A stretch of DNA of 64,000 bases from Acidobacteriota bacterium. GTDB taxonomy: Bacteria > Acidobacteriota > Polarisedimenticolia > Gp22-AA2. Below are positions 41,666-51,492 of the stretch, piece by piece (the first letter of the stretch is position 1; each line of letters begins with the position of its first letter). The notes beneath the pieces were generated by a model that was not told where the DNA came from, ran no database searches, and was given only the letters and a program-made list of their open reading frames with translations. The position numbers and the translations under genes are program-made. The stretch spans positions 64,120 through 128,119 of the forward strand of contig QHXX01000023.1 in the NCBI GenBank assembly GCA_003223135.1, given 5' to 3'.

Positions 41666-44600
41666 ACATCGCGGAGATCTTCATCCGCCGTCCCGTCATG
41701 ACGACCCTCGTCATGCTCGGGATCCTGATGTTCGGGATCATGGCCTATCGGCAGCTCCCGGTGAGCGATCTTCCGAACGTCGACTTCCCGACCATCTCCG
41801 TCAGCGCCAGCCTGCCCGGCGCGAATCCCGAGACGATGGCCTCGGCGGTGGCCACACCGCTCGAGCGCCAGTTCACCACGATCGCCGGGCTCGACTCGAT
41901 GATTTCGACGAGCGCCCTGGGGATGACCGGGATCACGCTCACGTTCGACCTGAGCCGCCCGCTGGACGCCGCCGCCCAGGACGTCCAGTCGGCCATCGCC
42001 AAGGTCGCCTCCCAGCTTCCCAGGGACATGCCGAGCCCGCCGACGTACCAGAAGGTCAACCCTGCGGACCAGCCGATCCTCTATCTGGCGCTCACATCCC
42101 AGACACTCCCGCTGTACGCCCTGGACGAGTACGGCGAGACGAACCTGGCCCAGCGCATCTCCACGGTGAGCGGCGTGGCGCAGGTCAACGTGATCGGGGC
42201 GCAGAAGTACGCGGTCCGCATCCAGCTCGATCCGCGCGCCCTGGCGACGCGCGGCATCGGCATCGACGAGGTCTCGCAGGCGGTCCAGGACCAGAACGTG
42301 AACTTGCCGACCGGGACGCTCTACGGCGCGCACAAGGCGTTCACCGTGCAGGCCAGCGGTCAGCTGACGGCGGCCGAGGACTACCGGCCTCTCGTCGTGG
42401 CTTACCGGAACGGCTCCCCCGTGCGGCTCCAGGAGCTCGGCCGTGTCATCGACAGCGTCGAGAACGACAAGACCGCCGCCTGGTTCGTAACCCCGACTTC
42501 TATGGACCGGGCCATCATCCTGTCGATCCAGCGCCAGCCGGGAACGAACACCGTCGAGATCGCCCGCGCCGTGCGCGCCCTTCTACCGTCGTTCCGCAAC
42601 GATCTGCCGGCCTCGGTCTCCCTGAACATCCTCTACGACCGGTCGGTCTCGATCGAAGCGTCGGTCAACGACGTCAAGTTCACGCTGCTCCTGACCCTCT
42701 GCCTCGTCGTCCTAGTGATCTTCCTGTTCCTGCGCAACCTGTCCGCGACTCTGATCCCGAGCCTGGCCCTCCCCTTCTCGATCGTCGGGACGTTCGCGGT
42801 CATGTACGCCCTCGGCTACAACCTGGACAACCTCTCGCTGATGGCCCTCACGCTGTCGGTCGGGTTCGTGGTCGACGACGCCATCGTCATGCTCGAGAAC
42901 ATCGTCCGTCACATGGAGATGGGGGAGCCGCCGCTCGTGGCGGCCCTGAACGGCTCGAAGGAGATCTCCTTCACGATCCTGTCGATGACCCTGTCGCTGG
43001 CGGCGGTGTTCATCCCGATCCTGTTCATGGGCGGCCTGGTCGGACGGCTGCTCCACGAGTTCGCCGTGACCATCGGCACCGCGATCCTGGTCTCCGGCTT
43101 CGTGTCTCTGACCCTGACCCCGATGCTCGGCAGCCGTTTCCTGCACCATCAGAAGAACGAGCGTCACGGTCGGGTCTACCAGGGCTTCGAGCGGGTGTTC
43201 GAGGGTTCCCTCGACTTCTACAAGTCGAGCCTCGCGTGGTCTCTGCGGCACAAGTGGGTGAACCTGATCGGGCTGGTCGTCGTCCTCGTCCTGACGGGTG
43301 TCTTCGGATACGTGATCCCCAAGGGACTCTTCCCGAACGAGGACAACTCCCAGATCCTCGCGTTCACGGAGGCGATCGAAGGGATCTCCTTCGACTCGCT
43401 GGTGGAGCACCAGAAAGCGATGGCGGCGATCGTCCAGAAGGAACCGGCCGTCCTGGCCTTCCTCTCGAGCGCCGGGGCTCGAGGATTCACCGGCAGCAAC
43501 CAGGGACTCATGTTCATGCATCTCAAGCCGCGCGGCGAGCGGCCTCCCGCGGAGGTCTTGATCCAGCAGATGCGGCCGAAGCTCTCCCAGGTCGCCGGGA
43601 TGCGCGCGTACATGCAGATCCCGCCGACGATTCGCATCGGCGGCAATCTCACCAAGAGCCCCTACCAGTACACGCTCCAGGGCGCCGACACCGACGAGCT
43701 CTACCGCGTGGCTCCCCTTCTCGAAGCGAAGATGCGGACGCTCCCCGGCTTCCAGGACGTCACGAGCGATCTGCAGATCAAGAATCCCGAGCTCGATATC
43801 CAGATCCAGCGCGACAAGGCGGCGACGCTCGGGGTCACCGCGTCTCAGATCGAGAACGTCCTTTACGATGCGTACGGGTCGCGGCAGATCTCGACGATCT
43901 ACGCCCCGAACAATGAATACCAGGTCATCCTGCAGCTGCTTCCGCAATACCAGGCCGACCCGGCGGCGCTCTCGATGCTCTACGTCCGCTCGTCCTCGGG
44001 AGCGCTCGTGCCGCTGAGCGCCGTGGCCAGCCTGAAACAATCACTCGGCCCCCTGACCGTCAGCCACCTCGGGCAGCTTCCCGCCGTCACGATCTCCTTC
44101 AACCTCAAGCCGGGCGTCTCCCTGGGCGAGGCCGTGAAGGAGGTGAATGACGTCGCACAGGGGATGCTGCCCGAGGGGGTCACCACGAAATTCCAGGGGA
44201 CCGCGCAGGCGTTCCAGGACGCGACGGCCGGTCTCGGCCTGCTCCTGGTGATGGCGATCCTGGTCATCTACATGGTCCTCGGCATCCTGTACGAAAGCTT
44301 CATCCACCCGATCACCATCCTGTCGGCGCTGCCGTTCGCCGGGCTCGGGGCCCTCATCACGCTCTTTACCTTCAGGCTCTTTTACCCTTCCACGGATCTG
44401 TCGCTCTACGCCTACGTCGGAATCATCATGCTCGTCGGTCTGGTCAAGAAGAACGGCATCATGATGATCGACTTCGCCATCGAGGCCCGGCGCGATGGAC
44501 TGAAGACGCCGGAGGAGGCGATCTTCGAGGCCTGCGTCGTCCGTTTCCGGCCGATCATGATGACCACCATGGCGGCGCTGATGGGGACCCTGCCGATCGC

Positions 44601-44817
44601 CGCCGGCTTCGGCGCCGGCTCCGAGTCGCGCCGCCCGCTGGGCCTGGCGGTCGTGGGCGGCCTGCTCTTCTCGCAGATCATCACCCTGTACGCCACACCG
44701 GTCGTCTACGTCTATCTGGAACGCCTGCAAACCTGGCTCCGGCGCTCCCCCGTTCCGGTCCGTGCCCGGGAGGAGCGCGAGGAGCCGCAGGTCGCCGGGC
44801 TCCCGACCCGTTCCTAG
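41662..44817 (+). CDS. RND multidrug efflux transporter permease (HAE1, AcrB/MexB-like)
   Basis: [45 protein letters not shown]... canonical AcrB N-terminus and 12-TM organisation. Confidence 0.9.
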   Translation: [1051 protein letters not shown]

Positions 44818-44878
44818 ACATGCGCCGCGCGGCGCGGTCCCTGGTGTATCATCGCTCCTTCAACCGCGAGGAGACCTC

Positions 44879-46111
44879 ATGACCGCATCGTCCAAGACCG
44901 CCGCGACGACGAAGGACAAGACCCACGCGTTGATCGACCTGGCCGAGACCTGGAGCGCCCACAACTACCACCCGCTGCCCGTCGTCATCGCCCGCGCCGA
45001 GGGGGTCTGGGTTTACGATCCCGAGGGCCAGCGGTACATGGACATGCTCTCGGCGTACTCCGCGCTCAACCAGGGTCACAGACACCCGCGCATCGTCCAG
45101 GCGCTCAAGGAGCAGGTGGACAAGGTCACCCTCACGTCGCGCGCCTTCCACAACGAGCTGTTCGGTCCGTTCTGCGAGAAGCTCTGCCGGCTGGCCGGGA
45201 TGGAGATGGCCCTCCTGATGAACAGCGGCGCCGAGGCGGTCGAGACCGCCATCAAGACCGCCCGCAAGTGGGGCTACGTGGTCAAGAAGGTGCCCCGGCA
45301 CAAGGCGGAGATCATCGTCTGCGAGAACAATTTCCACGGCCGCACCACGACGATCGTCGGGATGTCCTCCGAGCCGCAGTACAGGGAGGACTTCGGCCCC
45401 TATGACGGCGGATTCCGGATGATCCCGTACGGCGACGTCGCGGCCCTGGAGAAGGCGATCACGCCGAACACGGTGGCCTTCCTGGTCGAGCCGATCCAGG
45501 GAGAGGCGGGCATCCTGGTCCCGCCCGACGGCTATCTCAGGGCCGCTCTGGATGTCTGCCGCCGCCATAACGTCCTCCTGCTGGCCGACGAGATCCAGAC
45601 CGGCTTCGGGCGGACCGGCAGGATGTTCTGCGCCGAGTACGACGGCGTCACGCCGGACCTCTTCATCGTCGGCAAGGCGCTCGGAGGAGGCGTGCTGCCG
45701 GTCTCGGGTGTCGTCGGCAAGCGCGACACGCTCGGGCTGTATCGTCCCGGCGACCACGGATCGACGTTCGGCGGGAACCCGCTCGCCTGCGCCGTCGGCA
45801 TGGCGGCTCTCGACGTCATCGTCTCGGAGCGGCTGCCGGAGCGCTCCTTCGAGACGGGCGCCTACTTCATGTCCCGTCTGCGCGCCATGAATTCCTCCCA
45901 CGTGAAAGAGATCCGGGGCAAGGGGCTCTTGATCGGCGTGGAGATCAAGGAAGAGCGCGGCAAGGCGCGCCCCTACTGCGAGAAGCTGATGGATCTGGGC
46001 ATCCTGGCGAAGGAGACGCACGACCAGGTCATCCGCTTCGCTCCTCCCCTCGTCATCTCTCGCGAGGAGGCGGACTGGGCCCTGGAGCGGATCGCCAGGG
46101 TGCTCGCCTGA
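44879..46111 (+). CDS. rocD: ornithine--oxo-acid aminotransferase (class-III PLP aminotransferase)
   Basis: Internal ATG of ORF 44762..46111 with GAGGAG SD; OAT-type N-terminus HNYHPLPVVI..., PLP-lysine region FIVGKALGGG. Confidence 0.85.
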   Translation: MTASSKTAATTKDKTHALIDLAETWSAHNYHPLPVVIARAEGVWVYDPEGQRYMDMLSAYSALNQGHRHPRIVQALKEQVDKVTLTSRAFHNELFGPFCEKLCRLAGMEMALLMNSGAEAVETAIKTARKWGYVVKKVPRHKAEIIVCENNFHGRTTTIVGMSSEPQYREDFGPYDGGFRMIPYGDVAALEKAITPNTVAFLVEPIQGEAGILVPPDGYLRAALDVCRRHNVLLLADEIQTGFGRTGRMFCAEYDGVTPDLFIVGKALGGGVLPVSGVVGKRDTLGLYRPGDHGSTFGGNPLACAVGMAALDVIVSERLPERSFETGAYFMSRLRAMNSSHVKEIRGKGLLIGVEIKEERGKARPYCEKLMDLGILAKETHDQVIRFAPPLVISREEADWALERIARVLA

Positions 46112-46284
46112 GGGCAGGGACGGGATCTTCCGGGATCCCCGATCACCTTCGCAACCACACGCCGGCGACCCTGGCTGCCGCGCGGCGCGATCTGCGCCTC
46201 GATCCCGGGCTCGCCAACCGGATCGTCGCACGCCTCGTCGCGCACGATCGCTCCGATCTCGACGGCGTCGTCGGCCTTTCCAAA

Positions 46285-47220
46285 GTGACGACCCGCTCGC
46301 TCCTGGCGGTCGCCGGAACCGCCCGCCTGAAAGTGCTCGATCGGCGCAAGAGCGGCGTCGATGGGTTCGTGAAGTATTTATTCCGCTCGGGTGACGAGAC
46401 CTTCGAGACCGTGCGCATTCCGCTCCAAATGCCGCGCTGGAGCGTGTGCGTCTCGTCGCAGGCCGGCTGCGCCCTCGGTTGCGCGTTCTGCGAGACCGGG
46501 CGGGTCGGCTTCACGCGCAACCTGGAACCGTGGGAGATGGTCGAGCAGGTTCTGACGGTGCGGCGCGAGGCCCCCGAGCGGCCGGTGACGGGAGCGGTCT
46601 TCCAGGGGCAGGGGGAGCCGTTCCAGAACTACGACAACGTCATCCGTGCGGCGCAGGTCCTGCAGCATCCCTGCGGCGGCCGCATCCGCGGGCAGAACAT
46701 CACGATCTCGACCGTCGGCATCCTGCCGATGATCGAGCGCTACACCGCTGAAGGCCACGTGTTCCGCCTCATCCTGTCTCTCACCTCGGCGTTCGACGAC
46801 AGGCGCGTAGGCCTCATCCCGGTCGGCCGGCGGTACATGGTGGCCGACCTCGCGGCCGCCATGCGCCGGCACGCCGAGAAACGCGGCGACAGGGTCCATC
46901 TCGCGTGGGTCCTCATGTCGGGGATCAACACGGGGCAGGATGAGGCGGAGGAGCTCGCACGCCTGTTTCGTGGTGCCGTGCTTCGCCTGTCGGTCATCGA
47001 CGTGAACGACCCGACCGGAACGTTCAAGCGTGCGGACGACACCGAGCGCTCAGCCTTCTTCACCGCCCTCGCCCGTCGGGGCATCGGGTTCATCCGCCGT
47101 TATTCCGGCGGCGCCGACATCCACGCCGCCTGCGGCATGCTCGCCTCGCGCGCGGGCGGCGGGGACGCCCTCAACGCCCCGCCCCCGGCGCCATTCCCCG
47201 GCCCGCGCGTCCTGGGATAG
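46285..47220 (+). CDS. rlmN: RlmN/Cfr-family radical-SAM rRNA methyltransferase (first canonical start GTG 46285; homology extends upstream to ~46120 without ATG/GTG/TTG)
   Basis: CVSSQAGCALGCAFCETG radical-SAM CxxxCxxC, conserved C-terminal DIHAACGML; N-terminal-domain-like sequence (LANRIVARLV...SDLDGVVGLSK...DGFVKYLF...ETVRIP) continues in-frame upstream of the annotated start. Confidence 0.7.
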   Translation: MTTRSLLAVAGTARLKVLDRRKSGVDGFVKYLFRSGDETFETVRIPLQMPRWSVCVSSQAGCALGCAFCETGRVGFTRNLEPWEMVEQVLTVRREAPERPVTGAVFQGQGEPFQNYDNVIRAAQVLQHPCGGRIRGQNITISTVGILPMIERYTAEGHVFRLILSLTSAFDDRRVGLIPVGRRYMVADLAAAMRRHAEKRGDRVHLAWVLMSGINTGQDEAEELARLFRGAVLRLSVIDVNDPTGTFKRADDTERSAFFTALARRGIGFIRRYSGGADIHAACGMLASRAGGGDALNAPPPAPFPGPRVLG

Positions 47221-47260
47221 AATGCCGCCATTCCCTCGGACAGACGACGGGGAGGCGCCC

Positions 47261-48742
47261 ATGGCGGTCCGCAAGCTCCGGAACTACGCGAACGGCCAAT
47301 GGACCGAGCCGGCCGGCTGCGACTGGCTCGACGTCGAGAACCCGTCGAACGGCGAAATCGTCGCCCGCGTTCCCCTGTCGCGCCCCGGCGACCTCAACAC
47401 CGCCGTCGCGGCCGCGCAAGCCGCCTTCCCGGGCTGGTCGACGACCCCCGTCGACAAGCGCGTCGCCCCGCTGTTCAGCCTCGCGGCGATGATCCGTGAC
47501 AACCGCGAGACGCTCGCGCGTCTCATCACCGAGGAGAACGGCAAGTCGCTCCCCGACGCGCGCGCGGAGATCGACCGGACCCTCGAGAACGTCGAGACGG
47601 CGTGCGGCATGCCCGTCCTGCAGCAGGGCGACAAGCTCGTCGGCGCGGCCCCGGGAATCGACGGGGAGGTCATGCGCCTGCCGATCGGCGTGTTCGCCAT
47701 GATCGCTCCTTTCAACTTCCCCGCCATGGTCCCCTTCTGGTTCATCCCCTACGCGCTCGCGACCGGCAACACGTTCGTGCTCAAGCCGTCCGAGCTGGTC
47801 CCCTGCACGATGCAGACCCTGACCGAGTTCATGGACCGCTGCGGCTTCCCGAAGGGGGTGTTCAACGTCGTGAACGGCGATCGCGCGGTCGCGGAGGCGA
47901 TCGTCGGCCACCCCGGCATCGCCGGGGTGTCGGTCGTCGGCCGCTCGGCGACCGCGAAGGCCATCGCCGAAGCCTGCGTGAGGACCAACAAGCGCTTCCA
48001 GGCGATGGGCGGAGCCAAGAACCATCTCGTGGTGATGCCCGACGCGCGCATGGACGAGGCGGTCCGCAACATGATCACCTCCGGGTATGGATGCGCCGGC
48101 CAGCGCTGCATGGCGTCCTCCGCCATCGTCTGCGTCGGCGACGCGACTTACAGGGACGTGACCGACCGCTTCGTGCGCGCCTCCAGGGAGGTCATCGTCG
48201 CCAACCCGCTCGACCCCGAAGTCGCCGATCGGCCGATGGTCATGGGTCCGGTCATCTCGGCGAAGGCAAAGGAGTTCATCCTGTCGATGATCGACGCGGG
48301 GGTGAAGGAGGGGGCGAAGCTCGCTCTGGACGGGCGCGGTGTCCACGTGCGCGGCGGCGAGAAGGGGCACTTCATCGGTCCGACCGTTTTCACGGAGGTC
48401 CGCCCCGGCACGGCGGTCCACCAGACCGAGATCTTCGGCCCGGTGCAGGTGATCCTCAAGGCGGCCACGCTCGAGACGGCGATCCGCATCGTCAACGATC
48501 ACCCGTACGGCAACGGCGCCTCGATCTACACGCAGAACGGCTACCACGCCCGCAAATTCAAGCTCGAGGCCCAGGCCGGCATGATCGGCGTCAATGTCGG
48601 CATTCCTGCGCCCGTCGCCTATCTGCCATTCGGCGGCATGAAGTCCTCGCAGTTCTCCCACATCAAGGCGCAGGGCAGGGCGATCGTCAACTTCTTCACC
48701 CAGGACAAGATCGTCACGGAGCGGTACTGGCCCGAGGCGTGA
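47261..48742 (+). CDS. mmsA: methylmalonate-semialdehyde dehydrogenase (CoA-acylating)
   Basis: Internal ATG of ORF 47030..48742 with GGGGAGG SD; ALDH fold with catalytic Cys (GQRCMA) and MMSDH-type C-terminus. Confidence 0.85.
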   Translation: MAVRKLRNYANGQWTEPAGCDWLDVENPSNGEIVARVPLSRPGDLNTAVAAAQAAFPGWSTTPVDKRVAPLFSLAAMIRDNRETLARLITEENGKSLPDARAEIDRTLENVETACGMPVLQQGDKLVGAAPGIDGEVMRLPIGVFAMIAPFNFPAMVPFWFIPYALATGNTFVLKPSELVPCTMQTLTEFMDRCGFPKGVFNVVNGDRAVAEAIVGHPGIAGVSVVGRSATAKAIAEACVRTNKRFQAMGGAKNHLVVMPDARMDEAVRNMITSGYGCAGQRCMASSAIVCVGDATYRDVTDRFVRASREVIVANPLDPEVADRPMVMGPVISAKAKEFILSMIDAGVKEGAKLALDGRGVHVRGGEKGHFIGPTVFTEVRPGTAVHQTEIFGPVQVILKAATLETAIRIVNDHPYGNGASIYTQNGYHARKFKLEAQAGMIGVNVGIPAPVAYLPFGGMKSSQFSHIKAQGRAIVNFFTQDKIVTERYWPEA

Positions 48743-48888
48743 GACGCCCGGTCCTGCCACCCGGACGGTTTCAATTCCGAACTCGGCTCAACCTTCCCCG
48801 GCCACGTCGGGTCTTGATCTTCGAGCAGGCCCTGGATGCGGCCAGGCCCGGAACTTAGATTGAAGGGCAGATCCCAGAGGAGGAGCCG

Positions 48889-49581
48889 ATGAAACGGATG
48901 GGAATCGTCGCAAGCATGCTACCGCTGGTGCTGACCGCCTGGCTTTCGCCGGCGCGCGCCGATGACCCGCCCGCCGACCAGGCAGGCGGTCGGTCGTCCG
49001 CACAGCCGGACCAGTCCCAGCCGCAGGAGCAGGGCGATCCGCAAAAGAAGATTGAAACCCACACCACGGTCACCGGTCCCGAAGGCAATACCGCTACGAA
49101 GGACGTGACCGTGACGAAGGAGGGGGACACCGTCGCGCGTGACGCCACCCTGACGGGCCCCAAGGGCAAGACGATCACCAAGCACGACACCTGGACGAAG
49201 GACGGCAAGACCGTCACCCGCCAGGGGACGCCCACGGGTCCCAAGGGCGGGACGATCACGCGGAACGCCACCACGACCCGCGAGGGGAACACCGTGACGC
49301 GGCAGGGGACGGTGACGGGACCGAAGGGCAAGACGGTCACTCGCGCCGCGACGTGGACGAACGACGGCAATACGATCATCCGGCAGGGGACGACCACCGG
49401 CCCGAACGGCAGGACCTGGAAGCGCGCCTCGACGACGACCAGGGAAGGGAACACGGTCACGCGCCAGGCCACGCACACCGGCTCGAACGGTCAGACGATT
49501 ACGACGAATACGACCGCGACCGGCCCCAACACCGGAAAGCCCGCGAAGCGCAAGCCGCGCCCGCGGCCCAGACCGCACTGA
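48889..49581 (+). CDS. secreted Thr/Gly-rich tandem-repeat protein (~6 x 27-aa repeats T.TGPKGKT.T....TWT.DG.TV.RQG), basic Pro-rich C-tail
   Basis: GAGGAGG SD, signal peptide MKRMGIVASMLPLVLTAWLSPARA; 81-bp coding tandem repeats. Confidence 0.6.
   Translation: MKRMGIVASMLPLVLTAWLSPARADDPPADQAGGRSSAQPDQSQPQEQGDPQKKIETHTTVTGPEGNTATKDVTVTKEGDTVARDATLTGPKGKTITKHDTWTKDGKTVTRQGTPTGPKGGTITRNATTTREGNTVTRQGTVTGPKGKTVTRAATWTNDGNTIIRQGTTTGPNGRTWKRASTTTREGNTVTRQATHTGSNGQTITTNTTATGPNTGKPAKRKPRPRPRPH
49066..49534 (+). repeat. 81-bp in-frame tandem repeats (~5.7 copies) inside the 48889..49581 CDS
   Basis: Periodic TGP(K/E/N)G(K/N/G)T and T(V/I)TRQG motifs every 27 codons. Confidence 0.6.
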
Positions 49582-49741
49582 AGAGGGGAGACATCCCGCC
49601 GGACGCAGACTCAGCCGGCCGATGATCGGCGCCGTGGATCGCGTGGAGCGGTCCCGGCGCCATTCTTTTCGGGGTGTCCTCAAGAGACCGGGGAAAGCGC
49701 GGCCGTGTCGTCCGGTGCAGGGTCGCCTGACCGGGACGCGC

Positions 49742-50887
49742 TCAGGACCGCTCGAAGATCTCCTTGGCGATGATCAGCCGCTGGATCTGCGAGGTGCCTT
49801 CGTAGATCTGGAAGATCTTGGCGTCGCGCATGAGCTTCTCGACCGGGTACTCGCGCGAATAACCGTACCCGCCGAAGACCTGCACGGCGTTGAGGGCCAC
49901 CTCCATCGCGCTGTCGGCCGCGAACGCCTTGGCGAAGGCGGCTTCCCGGGTGTTGCGCTCGCCGCGGTCGATCTTCCAGGCCGACTGCCAGACGAGAAGC
50001 CGCGCCGCCTCGATCTTCATCGCCATCTCGGCGATCGTGAAGGCGATCGACTGGTGCTTGTGGATCGGGACGCCGAATGTGGTGCGCTCTTTGGCGTAGC
50101 GGATGGCGTGCTCCATGGCCGAGCGCGCCAGGCCGACGGCGGCGGCCGAGACCACGGGCCGGCTGTGGTCGAACGCGGCCATCGCCAGGAACCACCCCTG
50201 GCCCTCCTTCCCGAGGAGGTTCGCCTTCGGCACCTTGACGTCGTTGAAGGTGACGGCGCGGGTGTCGGAGGCGCGCTGACCGAGGTTCTGCTCCTTCTTG
50301 CCGACCTCGATGCCGGAGGAGTCTCGCGGCACGACGAAGGCGCTCATACCCTTGTAGCGCTGCACCGGGTCGGTGTAGGCGACGACGAAATACCAGTCGG
50401 CGACGCTGCCGTTGGTGATCCACATCTTGGATCCCTTCAGCACGTAATCCTCGCCGACCTTGCGGGCGACCGTCTTGATCCCCTGCACGTCGGAACCGGC
50501 CTGGGGCTCGGTGACACAGTAGGCGGCGAGCTTGAACTCCTTCGTCATCGGGGTCAGGAAGCGCTTCTTCTGCTCGTCCGACCCGCCCACGATGACCGGG
50601 GCCTCGGCCAGGGTGTTGGCCTCCATGGCGGTGCCGATGCCGGTGCAGCCCCAGGCGACCTCCTCCGCGATCATGCAGCCGTCGAGCACGCCGAGCCCGG
50701 GCCCCCCGTACGCCTCAGGGACGTGGGTGTTCATCAGGCCGAGATCCCAGGCCTTGCGGCAGATGTCGCGCGGAAATTCGCCGGTCTGGTCGTGGTGCGG
50801 CGCCTTCGGGACGATTTCCTTCTCCGCGAACTCGTGCGCGAGGGCGCGGAGCTGCTGCTGCTCTTCGGTGAGCGCGAAGTCGACCAT
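49742..50887 (-). CDS. acyl-CoA dehydrogenase (short/branched-chain type)
   Basis: MVDFALTEEQQQLR... ACAD N-, middle (beta) and C-terminal domains; catalytic Glu region YEGTSQIQRLIIAKE. Confidence 0.9.
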   Translation of the reverse strand: MVDFALTEEQQQLRALAHEFAEKEIVPKAPHHDQTGEFPRDICRKAWDLGLMNTHVPEAYGGPGLGVLDGCMIAEEVAWGCTGIGTAMEANTLAEAPVIVGGSDEQKKRFLTPMTKEFKLAAYCVTEPQAGSDVQGIKTVARKVGEDYVLKGSKMWITNGSVADWYFVVAYTDPVQRYKGMSAFVVPRDSSGIEVGKKEQNLGQRASDTRAVTFNDVKVPKANLLGKEGQGWFLAMAAFDHSRPVVSAAAVGLARSAMEHAIRYAKERTTFGVPIHKHQSIAFTIAEMAMKIEAARLLVWQSAWKIDRGERNTREAAFAKAFAADSAMEVALNAVQVFGGYGYSREYPVEKLMRDAKIFQIYEGTSQIQRLIIAKEIFERS

Positions 50888-51000
50888 GACGCCTCTCTTC
50901 TCCGGGCCGAAAAACGTCGCCGCCGGGCGGAGCCATCCGCCCGGCGGCGATTATCGTGCCGGCCGCCACAGGGGTCAAGGCGCCCCGCTCCGGGGCGCCG

Positions 51001-51492
51001 CTACTTCTGCTGGGCCATCTTCTTTTCGAACTCCGCCCTGCGCTTGTCGATTTCTTGAGGGCTCAGATCCTCTTTGTGCGTGGCGATCCCCCAGTGATGG
51101 CCGAACGGATCGGAGACCTTCCCGAAGCGATCGCCCCAGAACTGGTCGGACACGGGCATGATCACGTTCGCGCCTGCGCCCACGGCCCGCTTGAACACCG
51201 CGTCCACGTCCGGAACGTACAGGAAGATCGACCCGGTCACGATGCCGCCGGTCGACTCCGGCGCCTTGATCTGGGGCGCCATGTCGGGAATCTCGTCGCT
51301 CACGAAGACCGCCGAGTCCCCGATCCGGATCTCGGCGTGCATGATCCGGCCCCCGGGGCCCGGCATGCTCAGTTTCGTCTCGGCGCCGAACGCCTTCTTG
51401 TAGAACTCGAGGGCGCGCCTCGCATCGCGCACCACGAGGTAGGGGGTGACGGTGTGAAATCCCTCGGGAACTGGCTTGACGGCTTTCGCCAT
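51001..51492 (-). CDS. VOC-family (glyoxalase/bleomycin-resistance/PhnB-like) protein
   Basis: Internal ATG (MAKAVKPVPEGF...) of ORF 51001..51816 with AAGGAGG SD; strong two-hairpin terminator downstream (50900-50970). Confidence 0.75.
   Translation of the reverse strand: MAKAVKPVPEGFHTVTPYLVVRDARRALEFYKKAFGAETKLSMPGPGGRIMHAEIRIGDSAVFVSDEIPDMAPQIKAPESTGGIVTGSIFLYVPDVDAVFKRAVGAGANVIMPVSDQFWGDRFGKVSDPFGHHWGIATHKEDLSPQEIDKRRAEFEKKMAQQK

Noticed and set aside
48889-49581. CRISPR-like periodic repeats
   Set aside because: Repeats are 81 bp, in-frame and translate into a coherent Thr/Gly-rich protein with signal peptide; no repeat-spacer architecture anywhere in the window
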